64,000 nt of DNA from Rhodosorus marinus CCMP1338 (taxonomy: Eukaryota > Plantae > Rhodophyta). The stretch's first letter is position 1; the number at the start of each line of letters is the position of its first letter. Location: contig JAMWBK010000009.1 in the NCBI GenBank assembly GCA_029953675.1, forward strand, positions 1,426,001-1,490,000, given 5' to 3'. The position numbers were made by a program, and so were the translations under genes. The notes below the pieces were generated by a model. The model saw nothing but the letters and a program-made list of their open reading frames with translations, made no database searches and was not told where the DNA came from. Of this stretch, positions 37,836 through 50,191 are shown in pieces.

Positions 37836-39176
37836 TACAACTTCTGTGACTGGGGATCTTATTGGCGAATGTATCACAACCACAGTCTTTGAGAAAAATC
37901 ATGAAATCTTCTGTGCTGAGCGAAACCTCTGCCCAGTCCTACATGGCGTGGACAGTGTTGTCTTAGAATTATAAAGTTAAGTTTCTAGTTTAGAGGAGAG
38001 TCCACGCTCTCTGCTCTCTTGAGAAGCTCGCGAAGCTTTTCTCTGCAGAAGATTCGGGGACAATGCGGCTAGATTCCAACCACAATCGTGTCACTAGAGT
38101 TCACAAGCTTGTCTCCTCACTGAGCTTGGTCGTAGTTCGCGCCTTGGTCCCGTTATTACGTGTGATGAGGTTGGGTTTTGGGAGCGACTAGCGCGACCTC
38201 GACGTCCCCGAAATCATGTGCACTGCATTGTGATGGACTTGGCGCCGGTAGGAAGGGGTGATACGTCCATGTTCGAGTTGCGAAGCTCTCGGGGAAGTTT
38301 GAGCCGAGTCACGGCAAGCATAGCATTTCTTCGGAACTTCCCGGCGACAAAGAAAAGTTACAAGCACTTGCTCTCAGCAAGGCGAGGCATACTCCTCGAA
38401 AAACCACATTCCGACCATCAACCCATGAAACTGGGAGACCTTGAACTTGCCATACATGCACAGTTTTCAGTACTATGTGACCAAATTGACAGCTCCAGTC
38501 TTACGACAAGAATGCGGCTGCAGTTGTGACCCTCTTTCTCGTACTTTTCACTATCTACTGGCGAGGGCTTTACTCAACTCTCCCTTCTATATTCAGCTCG
38601 CACCTTCTCCAAAAAGGCTTTCATTGCCAACGCCTGCAAAAACGCCACCCCGAAACCAGGCATTCAAAAACATCTAAAACATAACACTCCATATTTTGAC
38701 GAAAATTATTCATAAACATACAATATTAGTTAGAATTATAGTATAAATTGAAACTGGAATTCAAAACGTTGTAGAATTTAAGGATTTTCATAGATTCTCT
38801 TGGTGCTTAAAATTTTGAATGAGTTTGGATTCATTGGATAAAAATAACGGCTAGGCTTCCATTCTTTTTTCGTTTTCACTTGGATTCGGATATCTTGGAG
38901 GGGAGAGGGAGTGGCGAGTGAGGTGTGACGGGATGAGATGCTATGGATTTGTGACGCTCGATCGTGACGCTCGCTGTTAAGATATACGACGAAGGTGATC
39001 CGTTTGTTTTTTTTTTTTGGGGGGGGGGGGGTGAGGTAGGGGAAGAGGGATTGGAATGGGTTGAAGACGGGTTCTGGTTTTAGTTTGTTGAACCTGTGGA
39101 CTTTTGTTTGGTTTTCCTTCCTCTTTATTTTTTTTTTTGGTTTCGAGTGAGGAATAGAAGAGGGCTGATTTTTTGC

Positions 39177-40346
39177 ATGGCAACCCAAACGCAAGTTGTT
39201 TCGCATCATGGCGACCCGGAGATTCTTGGGAAAGCCAATGAAGGTAATGCCACGCTGATCGCGAGACCGGAGGCCTTGCTGAAGTTTGAGGAGACGCAGG
39301 AGAGGAATGCTAGTAGGCCACATGGTCTCCAGACCGTTCCACCGCGAGGTGGTCATAATCCAGGGGCCGGAAAAAGGAAAGGGGGTTTTTTTAGTTTCCT
39401 CTTCTGCGGAGGCGAGGATGAGAGCGTCCAGTGGGTAAAAGTGGAGTTGGAGGAGGAAGACAAAGCCTCTACGGAAACCCGCGAAAGAGTTGCTTGGAAC
39501 GAGAGCTTGCACCTGTACGTGCTTTCGTGTATCGACCATCTCGCAAAGTATGGAGAGAATGAGGCTCGACTCTTTGCGGTTAGTGGAAGCCAGGTAAGTT
39601 TAAGGACCTCTCCAAATTTCACAGTCCAAAGCAGCTCTTGGGATGCCATTACCCGTCAAGTCTTCATATTTTTCGCTAACTAGTGGTGCAATCGCCTCCC
39701 GTTCTTGTGCGCAGCAAATCATTGAGGAAATGAGAATGCAATATGGGGAGCCCCTTCCTGAAGGGACGGATGTTCATGTAGCGTGTGCCGTCTTAAAACA
39801 GGCCGTTAGGGATGCTGAGTCGCCTCTGATTGATATAGAAGCTCTCCAGGCGTGGGCCATAGCCACAGCCAGCAAGAAAAAGCAACCAGCGGATACCGAG
39901 GCTGAACCGCTCGTCATCCCATCTTTCAAGGAATCTCTTTTATATAGTACGCTTCAGATTGTTCGGGAAAAGTCCCCGAGAAGGGCTTTTGTGCTGGCGA
40001 GACTTTTGTACCTCCTCGGTGACATCAGCTCGCGGATTGAGGTGAGCATGCGAAAAATCGAAGACGCGGTTCCCTGAACGCGGAAGGATATATTCTTCGA
40101 GGTCTCATATTCTTATCGCATCTCTGGTTTTCTTTTTGGTAGATTACGCAGATGAATTCGCACAACCTATCCCTTTGCCTAGCCCCGTCTCTTTTGCAGT
40201 GGGATCCCTATGCGGATGCAGCTCTTCTCGTCTTAGGCCGGATGACCGCATACGTGATGGAGCTCATCGATGACGGAAGAGAACATGCGGAAAAGCTTCG
40301 GGACTATTGCCTGGAGCTCCAAGACCTCGCGAACTTACCATGTTGA
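39177..40346 (+). CDS. RhoGAP-fold protein lacking the catalytic arginine finger; 3 exons
   Basis: Motifs: SCIDHLAKYGENEARLFAVSGSQ/QIIEEM, DVHVACAVLKQAVRDAESPLID, LARLLYLLGDISS, MNSHNLSLCLAPSLL. Inferred introns about 39594-39714 and about 40043-40141. Confidence 0.85.
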
Positions 40347-41642
40347 CGGAATCGACGAACATGGCAAAGGACAAACAGCTACAAATAGTTCTTCGGGGTG
40401 ATGAAATAGAATTCAGATCAATGCACGTTTACTTTGCTGATAACGGGAAACCCTTGATGAACTGCGATCGCAAGCGACTTGTGCCGTGATAAGCTCCACC
40501 AGAGCAGCTCACTTGCCTGCCCGATATGACACCGACCAGACCAGCGTTTTTCTGCTAAAACTCACGCGGCTGGGAGAAAGCGAATCATCACCTCCCACAG
40601 GTAACCAAGCTTGTCAAAAGTAAAAAAAATCCAAAAGGCTTAATATTACTTAAACGGTACTAGCCCACGGATATCTCCACTGCGGATTCCAGGGAGCTGC
40701 GGGGACTCGACTGGCTCAGTGCCAACTCAACGAGTGAAGACCACCTACACACTTTCGCTTCCTTATGCTTTCCCGCCAAAACATGAATAATATTTCCAAA
40801 ATAATACATCTCAGTAAACAAATGCATCCCAGGATTCTGGGAGATGCTTCGCCAGGGATTCTTGAATATCACATTGTAGCCATGAAATTTCTTCTAAACA
40901 TGAAATCATGCTACAACCTCAAACCCCTAAAAATGGATGCTTGTAACTCATTAATGTGGCTAAATATTAATAAAACATAATATTATGATATTTGATGTCT
41001 TTTTTGAAGGGTGCATCCAAGGTTGCATATATTCGTAAGAACAGCTCAAGCGGAAATTATATTAAAATGTCAGCACTTCGGAGAACTACATTGGGACCAA
41101 AAAACGCGCGAACGGAAACTCCGGATGGGGACGGCCGAACAAGCTGTTTTTCATTCAATATTCTAAGCGTCAGCACTAAAGTCAATCTTTTTAGTTTAAA
41201 TATTAGTATAATGTGATAAAAAAGAAGATATACAATCTATTATGAGATAATAGACTGATTTATGAAGTGTCACTTAAGAAAGAATTTGGCCTTGTGGTCT
41301 TGGTGTCTGAAGATGGTATGGAAAAAGAAATCTCAGTCCAGATGGGACAGAACTAGCGATGGGTCTGTTTTGACTTTTGTGAGGAAAGTCGAGTATATTA
41401 TATGAAGTTGAGTAGTCCTGAATCTTTGAGGGTGGCGAGGGGGAGGTGTCGTAGGTAGAGTTTCATGTGTGTTGGGTTGTTTGTATGGGTGTATGATGTG
41501 GTGGTTTGTTTCTTTTTGTGAAGTGAGGCGCATGTAGACGTTTAAGACAGGATTAGTTGGGGGTGGGCGGGGGGTTGGTTATTTTGTGGCTCTGCTTGGT
41601 TTGGTTGCTGGGCTCTGTTTGTGCTTTCGTGGGTTTTCAAGG

Positions 41643-43775
41643 ATGTCAGACAGCGGAGGAATCTTATCTTCCGTGTCGTTGGATCGACGGCGGCTGTTGG
41701 AAGCGCGAATGAGCGCACCTTTGCTTGCTGGAGGTGGGAATTCCGAGCCGGGTTTCGGATCTTTGCCTGCGAAGGACGCTTCCAATGGCTCTACCGCGGT
41801 GCGAGAAAATGGTTTGCTGGTAAAAACAACCGCACCTCCTCCGGCTTCTGATGAAGAGGTGGAGGATTCTGTGGGTTCGTTCTCCTCGGCTTCGAATGAT
41901 TCGATTACTACGGAAAAGGGTGGAGTGAGGTCGGCAGAACAAGGGAAGGGGGATTCAAGGAAGCGTAAGAGAGGGAAGAACACGAAACTCGAACAATTTT
42001 TTAAGCGTCAGGGATCACAGAAACTGTCTGGTAAAGATCTGACCATTGAAAACTTAAAACGGGAGAATGAAGAAATGAAACGTCAGCTTGAAGATTCCGT
42101 GGAGGCGGCAAAGAAGGCCTCCGAGGAGGCGCAGTCACTTGCGGGTCGCTGGCGAAAAGCTCTTAATGAGTGTCTGCGGTCTGCAGAAACTCACGAAAGA
42201 GCGGGAAGAGAAAGGGAATTCGAGCTGAAGTGTGAACGACTTGGAAGAATAGGAGTTCGACGGACTGGTACCACCCTGCAGGAGGGGTGGGAAGACGGTA
42301 GAGTAAGATAATTGCCTGAATGGCTCTTAACGAAGCATTCGATTTGGGGCTAAAACGTGGATTTGCTTGCGCTTTTTTTCCGCGCCCCAGGAAGCGAGAG
42401 AAGTTGAGAGCTCTCTTTCTCAAATTAAGCTGGAAAAGGAGGAGATAGAACGCCAGCAAAAGGAATTAAACAAGCAGCTTAGAAAGAGCGCTGCTGAAGG
42501 CAGCATGCCACCTCCTCCTAGCCGGGGCAAGGGAAAGTTTGTTCAGACCACGGCCTACTTGCTTGAGCAAACTGAAGCCCTTAGAATAAGACTCTCGGTA
42601 CTTCGAAAGGAGGAGTCGGAGTGGGTGGAAAAGAAGGACTCGCTAGAATCCCAAAAGGCTTTGCTTATTCGTGAAATGAGGCGCCAGCGAGATGAGAAAG
42701 CGTCCCCCTTTAACAACATGCCCGTTTTACATGACAGATATCAGCTCACAAAACTGCTCGGACGGGGAGGGTTTAGCGAGGTTCGTGAGCAGAGTTCGCT
42801 GGACTGGAAAGCTTGGCCCTTGCTTACTTCTGGTCTCCTTTTTTTGGTTTGGTACAGGTGTACAAAGCGTACGATCTAGAGGAGCTGGAATGGGTTGCGT
42901 TGAAAGTCCACCAACTGCATGTTTATTGGAGTGAGGAAAAGAAGAACAACTACATCAGACATGCGACTCGGGAGTATGAAATTCACAAGACCCTAGACCA
43001 TCCCAGAGTCGTGAAGCTCATGGACGTCTTCGAAATCGACAAGAACTCTTTTTGTACGGTTTTGGAGTATTGTAGAGGGTCAGACCTCGACGAATACCTG
43101 AAGATTCACAAGGTCTTGAGTGAGCGAGAATCTCGGAACGTGATCTCTCAGGTGTTCAGCGGGCTCTCGTACTTGAACCAGCAAGAGAACAAGATCATCC
43201 ACTACGATCTCAAGCCAGGAAACATCTTGCTCTCAGATGGACAAGTCAAAATCACTGATTTCGGTCTTAGCAAAGTGATGGGAGACAACGATGACACTGC
43301 GCACGGCATGGAGCTAACCTCACAAGGTATGCACCCACTCCCACACCGAATCATGCTAGAACCGTGATGGTAGCTTGCACAGTCTAAGACCTGCCTTTCC
43401 TCCTGTGCAGGCGCCGGAACTTACTGGTACCTGCCTCCCGAATGCTTTGAAATCGGCCCAGCCCCACCCAGGATAAGCTCCAAAGTAGATGTTTGGTCGG
43501 CTGGGGTAATACTGTATCAGATGCTATATGGAAGGAAACCATTTGGCAATGAGCAGTCGCAGGAGAGAATTCTGAGGGAGTCAACAATCCTTCGGGAGTC
43601 GCTGGAGTTTCCCTTGAAGCCATCGGTACCAGCGGACGCGAAGGCCTTCATTAAGCGCTGCCTCACAAGAGACCAGCGAGATCGCCCGGATATAAATCAG
43701 ATACTGGAAGATCCGTATTTGCGAAAGGCGCAGGCGTCTTCTCGCTCTGTGGGAAACAACCAATCATCCTCGTAG
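41643..43775 (+). CDS. TLK: Tousled-like kinase; multi-exon
   Basis: Coiled-coil region [23 protein letters not shown]. Kinase motifs: [116 protein letters not shown]. Confidence 0.93.
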
Positions 43776-44612
43776 AGATCCTCGTAGATGGCTCATGTCG
43801 CTTTTGGCTGTTGTCGACTTCTGAGGCTAAGATGTCCAATTGAGTACTGCGAGACTGTTCACACTCTCACCGCCGAGACGTCGGCGGGTTTGGTGGTGGA
43901 ATTTTGTGTGGATCCCTATTGCACTCCTGGCCTTATATTACCGAGGAATTTGGGAATATAGGATTCGATGAATTAACGAAGCCCTCTTGAGCATGAAAGT
44001 GCGCGCTACTGTCCATATTATTGTATTTTACTAGAACATTTTTGCGGAATTGTACGAATGAACTATTGAGTTTCAGAGAATCCATCTCGCGGCAATACTC
44101 CAGTTGGCGCAGCTCGGCTGTCGAACCGAACAGAATGAGATTCGATGTCGCTTGCGCCAGTCAGCGCTTCTTCCCGCTCATGGTCACTACTTCTTTTGTT
44201 CGGGATCAGGTCTCCGGGGCCAGCCTCTGCTTGCCCAAGGCCCTACATCTCGGTCTGCCACTTCACAGACATCGCGTAGCTTGTGATTCCTGGATTTTTG
44301 ATTACGGAAACTGCCAGAGCTCATGATTCGTTGCATTCGCCTCCCGAGTGACAAGCTGGGGCCCCCGGCTGCAGGATGCAAGCTCGTCAGTAGCCAGTGA
44401 AGCTGTAGTGAAAGTGTTGGTGCGGTTAGTGAACAGTCAATCTCTTCACGGTTATGCCATAGATGCTACAGTAAATGGGCAGTCGTGGGAATTGCAAATC
44501 CTTCTTCCGGATCACGAACATTGTGGGAGTAGCTAACCCCTTTCGAATTCGTCTCCGCAATGCACGTGACGGCTTATACGGGCATGTCATGGGCAACCAC
44601 CAATACGGCACT

Positions 44613-44915
44613 CGTGAAAGCCTTGTCTTTCGAGCTTGCGTAGTTGGGCTTGCTGGCAAACTAACCAGGGCAGATCGGCTTCATTTTGAATGAAGAAAAG
44701 CTGATCTGGCCCGTTCTGCAAAAGTGAAAAGGACCTGAGAATCCGAGAAGAACCTCGTTCTACACGTGGAAGCCTTGTACATCTCGCTTGCATCGATGGA
44801 CTTGCTAACAAACTAACCAGAGACCGATCGGGCTTCATTTTCAATGCGGGAGCTGTTCCGGCCCGTTCTGCAAAAGCAAAAAAGAAAGTACTTGAGAATC
44901 CGAACAGGCCTCCTC
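44613..44915. repeat. Diverged tandem duplication, period about 152 bp
   Basis: cgtgaaagccttgt...cttgctggcaaactaacc...ggcttcatttt...ggcccgttctgcaaaag...tgagaatccga starts near 44614. cgtggaagccttgt...cttgctaacaaactaacc...ggcttcatttt...ggcccgttctgcaaaag...tgagaatccga starts near 44765. Confidence 0.85.
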
Positions 44916-46268
44916 CTTTCGAAACAACTTTGGCAATAGTCAACTATTCAAAAATTCGGTGACTATCATTCGAATACCCGAATGCGAAAGAGTTAACTTT
45001 TTTAGCAGACACCAGCGCTTTCAAGGCTGTCCGCAAATTTCTTGCCATCTGTATCGAAAAAATTATTATTTTTTATCTCATCATACACTTCCGCAATTTG
45101 ACAAACAACAGCATTGGATGAATGGTCCCATACGACCCTAACCTCGTGATAGGTTTTTAACAAAAAAAAAGGGAGGGGAGAACTCTAATCCAACCCAAGG
45201 GTTTCCATTAATAACTTACTAGTTTTCAACCTTTTTTGTGAAAGCGAACGCGCGCAACACAACTTTCATCATGAATGAAGTTTTTAGAGAAAAAAATGAG
45301 GAAGAAACTGGATCAAACTCTTCCACAAAATATGATAAGGCCGAATTCCTTTCGTAGCTTTCCCAATCTAGTGTTCTAAGTCTAAATTGAACTTTTCGAT
45401 ATTTTTACATCGTAAAACCTCCAGCAGAGTGGGGTTTTACTATAATCAATGTGGTAACCATCCAATTAGGCGCACAAGGCACACTCACTCCCAAAGCTCC
45501 TGTGTTGAATGAATTCGTTTAATCAGACCCTATCACCACCTTGGTTTCGGTCAATTCGGTAGCTCTTTGAGGGTTTTTTCAATGAAAAATCTGGAAAAAT
45601 TTACCTAATAAAACGTCTAAATATGTCTTGACATTCTATTTTTGTGAGTTACCATGAGATAGTGGCAAAACTATTTATTTAAAACAATATAAATAGGATA
45701 TGATATATTAATTTAGGTGATAATCTTGAAATAGGAACCATCGTTTGTGTGTTGAGGTAGAGCGTAATACTTTCTACCGAAAATGGATTTTGAGAAAACA
45801 GTTTAAGCGCGTTAGTCCACTAGCGGACGAAAACATAAATAAATACCAAAATTCCTATCACAATTGATCCCGCCAATGTCCGTTTCTTTGCGCAGCAATA
45901 GTTAATATTATATTGACTATATGATTTTCTCTAGACCAATGAAAATTCTGGACTATCAGAAGCTTTGAGTTTTCTTTTCCTAAGGGCAGAGTCGTCGAGA
46001 TCCCTATATGTATCTTTTGAGAACTTATCTGACTATATATATAGTCCACTCCAAACCAAAGCATTGTACGTGTGTGTCTTGAGGGGATAGGTCAAGTTGG
46101 GTATTTTCTCAAATCGTTTTATGGAGGTGGGCGACCGGTGCGAACGACTATTCTCCACAATGTGCCAGTTTCCTTTCAGATTGGATTCGGGGTTTTGGAT
46201 ACAGGAGTGGTCGGTATAGACAAGGGAGTGCGCCTTTCTTGCTGGACGCGCGTAATCGGCGTCTTGTT

Positions 46269-46496
46269 TCTCGCTTCTCCGGGTAGTTATGCTCTGAATA
46301 CACGGATGAGGAGTCTCGCGGCCTCTGGTAGTTAGGCTGTGAATATACGGATTAGGAGTCTCGCTTCTCAGGGTAGTTAGGCTCTGAATAAACGGATGCG
46401 GAGTCTCGCTCTCTCAGGGTAGTTAGGGTCTGAATAAACGGATGAGGAGTCTCGCTCTCTCAGGGTAGTTAGGCTATGAATAAACGTATGAGGAGT
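46269..46496. repeat. Tandem array of 5 units (45, 45, 45, 46, 46 nt), consensus tctcgc(t)tctcagggtagttaggctctgaataaacggatgaggag
   Basis: Units start at 46269, 46314, 46359, 46404 and 46450. They are directly abutting with no spacers. Confidence 0.95.
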
Positions 46497-46583
46497 CCGG
46501 ACATTTTGATCATTGCCTGATTGTTCACGAAGGCGGGTGGTCAGACGAAGCGACCATGCGCGAAGACAGAGCGCCAACATATG

Positions 46584-47321
46584 TTAAAACTCCTGACCCT
46601 CCCCGAATTGATGACGTGGATATCGTCGTTCTATAATTGGATTGTCTATTGAGTAGGTGATGATGGGCTGCGGGGGGTTCGACTTAATCGGGTCCTCGAA
46701 CTCGCGATGTTTGCTAGATTCAACCTCGTCCGGGTCTGTCGCGGAGCGCGGGGTGAGCCCCTGGCGAATCACAAGTGTCTCTGGCTTCAATCTAGAGGAA
46801 AGGCTGAAGATATCTGAGTTTTGATTGCTAGTGGAAACGAACACACCGTTGACCGCTTTCATCATCCTGCGGGAAAACCAGGTGCATTTCGATCAGCGAA
46901 GTCGATCCTCTACAAAACGTCATAACCTGAATTGCTTGGGTTGCCAGCTCTGCTGAGGTAGACCCTTTTCACGCTCACCCTGTATCAGGGTAACAACCCT
47001 TTTTTAATAGAAGAAAGCGTACATTCTGCCAGGTCGAGCCCAAATCACTCTCATAGTCCGCGATGCAGGTCCGGTACTAACGATCGTCATATCCGATACT
47101 GCTTTGGTGAAACGGAACCAACCCACAAGCACACAAACAAGCACCTCGCTCTTTGCCTGGGACACTACCTGAAGATATGGCAATTTACTAAATGGCAAAG
47201 CGCTTTTCCCAAACTGAATAGGAAAAACTTTCCCATCAAATTTCCATTGAACCCTCCAATCCAGGCCACCAGCGTAGAATTTTATCCGCACAAATTGATC
47301 CAGCCGTTGAAGACACTCCAT
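46584..47321 (-). CDS. Orphan protein candidate, 3 exons (about 177 aa); an optional 4th exon may run into the repeat array (stop at 46377)
   Basis: Exons 47169-47321, 46979-47076 and 46584-46866 join in frame through GT-AG introns of 92 nt (phase 0) and 112 nt (phase 2), typical lengths for this window. Spliced sequence: ...SKLPYLQ/YRTCIADYESDLGSTWQNVRFLLLKKGCYPDTG/MMKAVNGVFV... No homology recognised. Confidence 0.45.
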
Positions 47322-48258
47322 TTCCTTTTATCCTTTTTCAAGCAAAGTTCCTAATGCCGGAAACCTTAGGAAACCAAAAAACTGATTAAAAATACTAACA
47401 AGATCCGGTCGTTTAGTATTCTCCACTAGTTATTGGTCACGTAAAATTATTCATTAAAAAAACAGAGTCTTGCGTAATTTTCTCTGGTTATATCATGAAA
47501 TCAACAAAAAAATTGAGCCCAGTAACCTGATAAAATTTACCCCAAAATAATACCCATAATTATAATGTTATTCAAAAAAGAGAAAACCCGTTGCAATCTT
47601 TCAATACTATTTTACGAAAGCGAGATTGCCCAGCAAAAAAGTCATGTGGAAATTTTGGAAATAGGAATTAGGGAACCACAAACCAAACCGTACTTTATTA
47701 ATTTTAAATAGTTTTGTCGTGGACTATCCTTTCAGTCCAGCGATTCTCTATTGCGTTAGTGTTGCTATTTTTTATAGGTATCCATTTATGATAAGCAAGG
47801 AGACTATAGAACTATCTAATTTTATTAGAAAATAAGAACCATTTGGTGAAAAAGGGTGGTGGACGGGCTGGTCGTGAGGTGGTTTCCGTCCGGTAATGTG
47901 TCTTGGGGAAGGAGGTTCCATTGGTCTCATAGACATATTTTAAAAGGAAACTGTGTCAGACTTTTTGTTCTTGTTTTGTTTTTTCTGATTTGCGGGGGAA
48001 GAAGCGGCGGATCGGTCGAAAGCTGAGTTGAGCGTCCTTCTTTTTGCGGGGGGGAGGGGGGTTTGGGGGGACTGGTTTGAAGTTTTGCTTGCGATCTCTT
48101 TGTATTTATAGAAGAGCATCGGCCACTGTCGACGGTGAGGGAGGTTTGTACTGTGTCGTCATTGTTAGTGGTCTGCTTTTGAACGTCTTCGGAGAGTTTG
48201 TTGCGTCTTTGGTATACATATAGTTTTTATTGGGTTTTGTCGATTAGCTTCGGACAAG

Positions 48259-48947
48259 ATGATTTTTAGTGCAGAGTATAAGCCCTTGCTGGTGAGAGAG
48301 CATGATGACGGTGGAATGCATGATGATGGTACCGGTGACATGGTTCAGGAAGACGACAATGGCCATGGCGACACTATGACACACGCAATGATGAGTCCGT
48401 TCTTATTCTCAACGACCACTGGGTTCTATATCCTGTTCGAGGAAGCGTTGGTTGGGTCAACCGGGGGTTTCATCGGAGCGATGTTCGCAGTGTTCTTCTT
48501 CTCTTTCCTCATTGGGACCATCATAAGCTGGCTGGGTGCCACCCAGTCTCGATCGAAGAACGAGAGTGGATTCCTCTGGGCGATCGCTGGAGCGACCGCC
48601 AGGTGGTTCAGTCTAGCACTTCACTACACTGAAATGCTTATTGTTATGGTCATGAACATCTGGATCATCCTTGCCGTACTTTTCGGACACACTGCAGGAT
48701 GGTTGTTCAGCCGATTCCTCGACCACCAGTTCGAGGTCAGCCAATCGATTGCCAATAGTGCAAAGAGTATTCAGGTAAATAAAACACACATCCGCTGAAT
48801 ACGTGGAGCTTACTTTAAATGAGACTTGGTATTCACGAGGCTGTGCAATTGGATTCTTTTTAACCTCTTTAGTATACTGAGGACGAGCTGGCGATGGGCA
48901 AGGAGCCTGTTAATTTGGAAGGCGAGCATTGGAAGTCTCCGGCATAG
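48259..48947 (+). CDS. CTR: Ctr/COPT-family copper transporter; 2 exons
   Basis: His/Met/Asp-rich N-terminus (HDDGGMHDD...HGDTMTHAMM), three TM segments, HYTEMLIVMVMN (MxxxM) and GHTAG (GxxxG). Intron about 48775-48872; last exon YTEDELAMG...KSPA*. Confidence 0.9.
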
Positions 48948-48983
48948 CCGACTTCTTCGTGCGGTTGGAGTTGTTCTGAGCTT

Positions 48984-50191
48984 TTAAAGGTCACGCGGTT
49001 CATTGCGACGGGTGATCACGGATGATTTGATGTAGTCTTTTAGCTTCGGCCACATGTCGGCAACACCGGAGGTGAGCTGAAACTCGAAGAGGCGATGTGT
49101 TTGCTGATATGCGTCCGAAACTTCCTTGTTTAGAGTCTTTGCGAGCTCTAGGCGGGCTTTGACCGTCTCCTGGGAATTTGACGTATATTGGTTGAATAGA
49201 GAAAAGAAGAATGAAAAACAATTATCTTTAACGGAGCCGTTATTTGGAGGACACACTCATACCGGCTGGTCATCCGATCGATGCTCAAGAGTTCCACCGC
49301 AAGAGTCGCAGAGCATGCCCACTTTTGGAAGGATGGCAGGCATTCTCATTGATCCTTCCATTATGTGAGCAGTATTGTAGCTCCTTTTGCAAGTTGAACA
49401 GACGCGTCGGTTAATAGCCTTCTCATACAGAACATCCTCCCTGAAGCAGCACAGAGCGTCCCAAACCACTAATTGAGAACGGGGAAGTCGGAAACTTCCA
49501 AAAGCATTCGCGGAGGCCGCACCTGAGGGTTAGCATGATAGCGGCCTTAATCGATCGCACATTGTCCAGCATAGGGACCTGGGACCCGCGACGGGGAAAA
49601 CTATATTCCGGGTCATAGGAAGAAAACGGGTCCAATTAGTTCTGCAAGGAAGTCATGTTATTGGCAAGCGGTCACATCCTGCTATTCTGATTACCCATCG
49701 AAAAGAGTCCCGTTGGAAGCATCAGGTTTCTTCAGCCTAGACTTGACAAGCTGCATGACGAGTTCATCCGATAACAGCTCTCCTGCATAAATCGTTTAAA
49801 GAGCTGGTTTTTTTAGTCTAGGGGAGGAGATTTTCATAAGACGCAACAACGATCGTGTTTCATGCTTGGAAGAAATACCTCGATTGATCTGTGGTTCCAC
49901 TTCCAAGCCGAGCTTGGACTGGCTCGCTATCTCGGCTCTGATGAGGTCGCCTGAGGAGAGGTGGAGAATCTCAAGCCATTTTCCGATAAGCGCCCCGTAG
50001 GTTCCCTGAGGTTGGCCACAACGTTCGTACAGCAACAATGAGAGTGTCATCCATGCGTTTGTTGGCGACGCCCAAGTCTCGATTCCTCCAGAACCGCTTA
50101 CCTTTCCCACACCAGGGCTTCCTAAAATAACAAGATCCAGCGGCCTCGGAAGCTCAAGACTCGAATTCTTCAAGGTCGAAGTCCATCGCAT
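48984..50191 (-). CDS. ADK: Adenylate kinase, long LID form (resembles plant organellar AMK1/AMK6 type); multi-exon
   Basis: Motifs: [63 protein letters not shown]...[14 protein letters not shown] (Cys4 LID), [21 protein letters not shown]. An additional upstream exon cannot be excluded. Confidence 0.92.

Noticed and set aside
40875-40916. Imperfect hairpin tgtagccatga...tcatgctaca
   Set aside because: About 14 bp with bulges in AT-rich DNA; not significant.
46269-46496. CRISPR array or C/D snoRNA reading of the 45/46-nt repeat (GGATGA and CTGA boxes)
   Set aside because: Units abut with no unique spacers and there are no cas genes. The C-like box is non-canonical and I recognised no rRNA complementarity.
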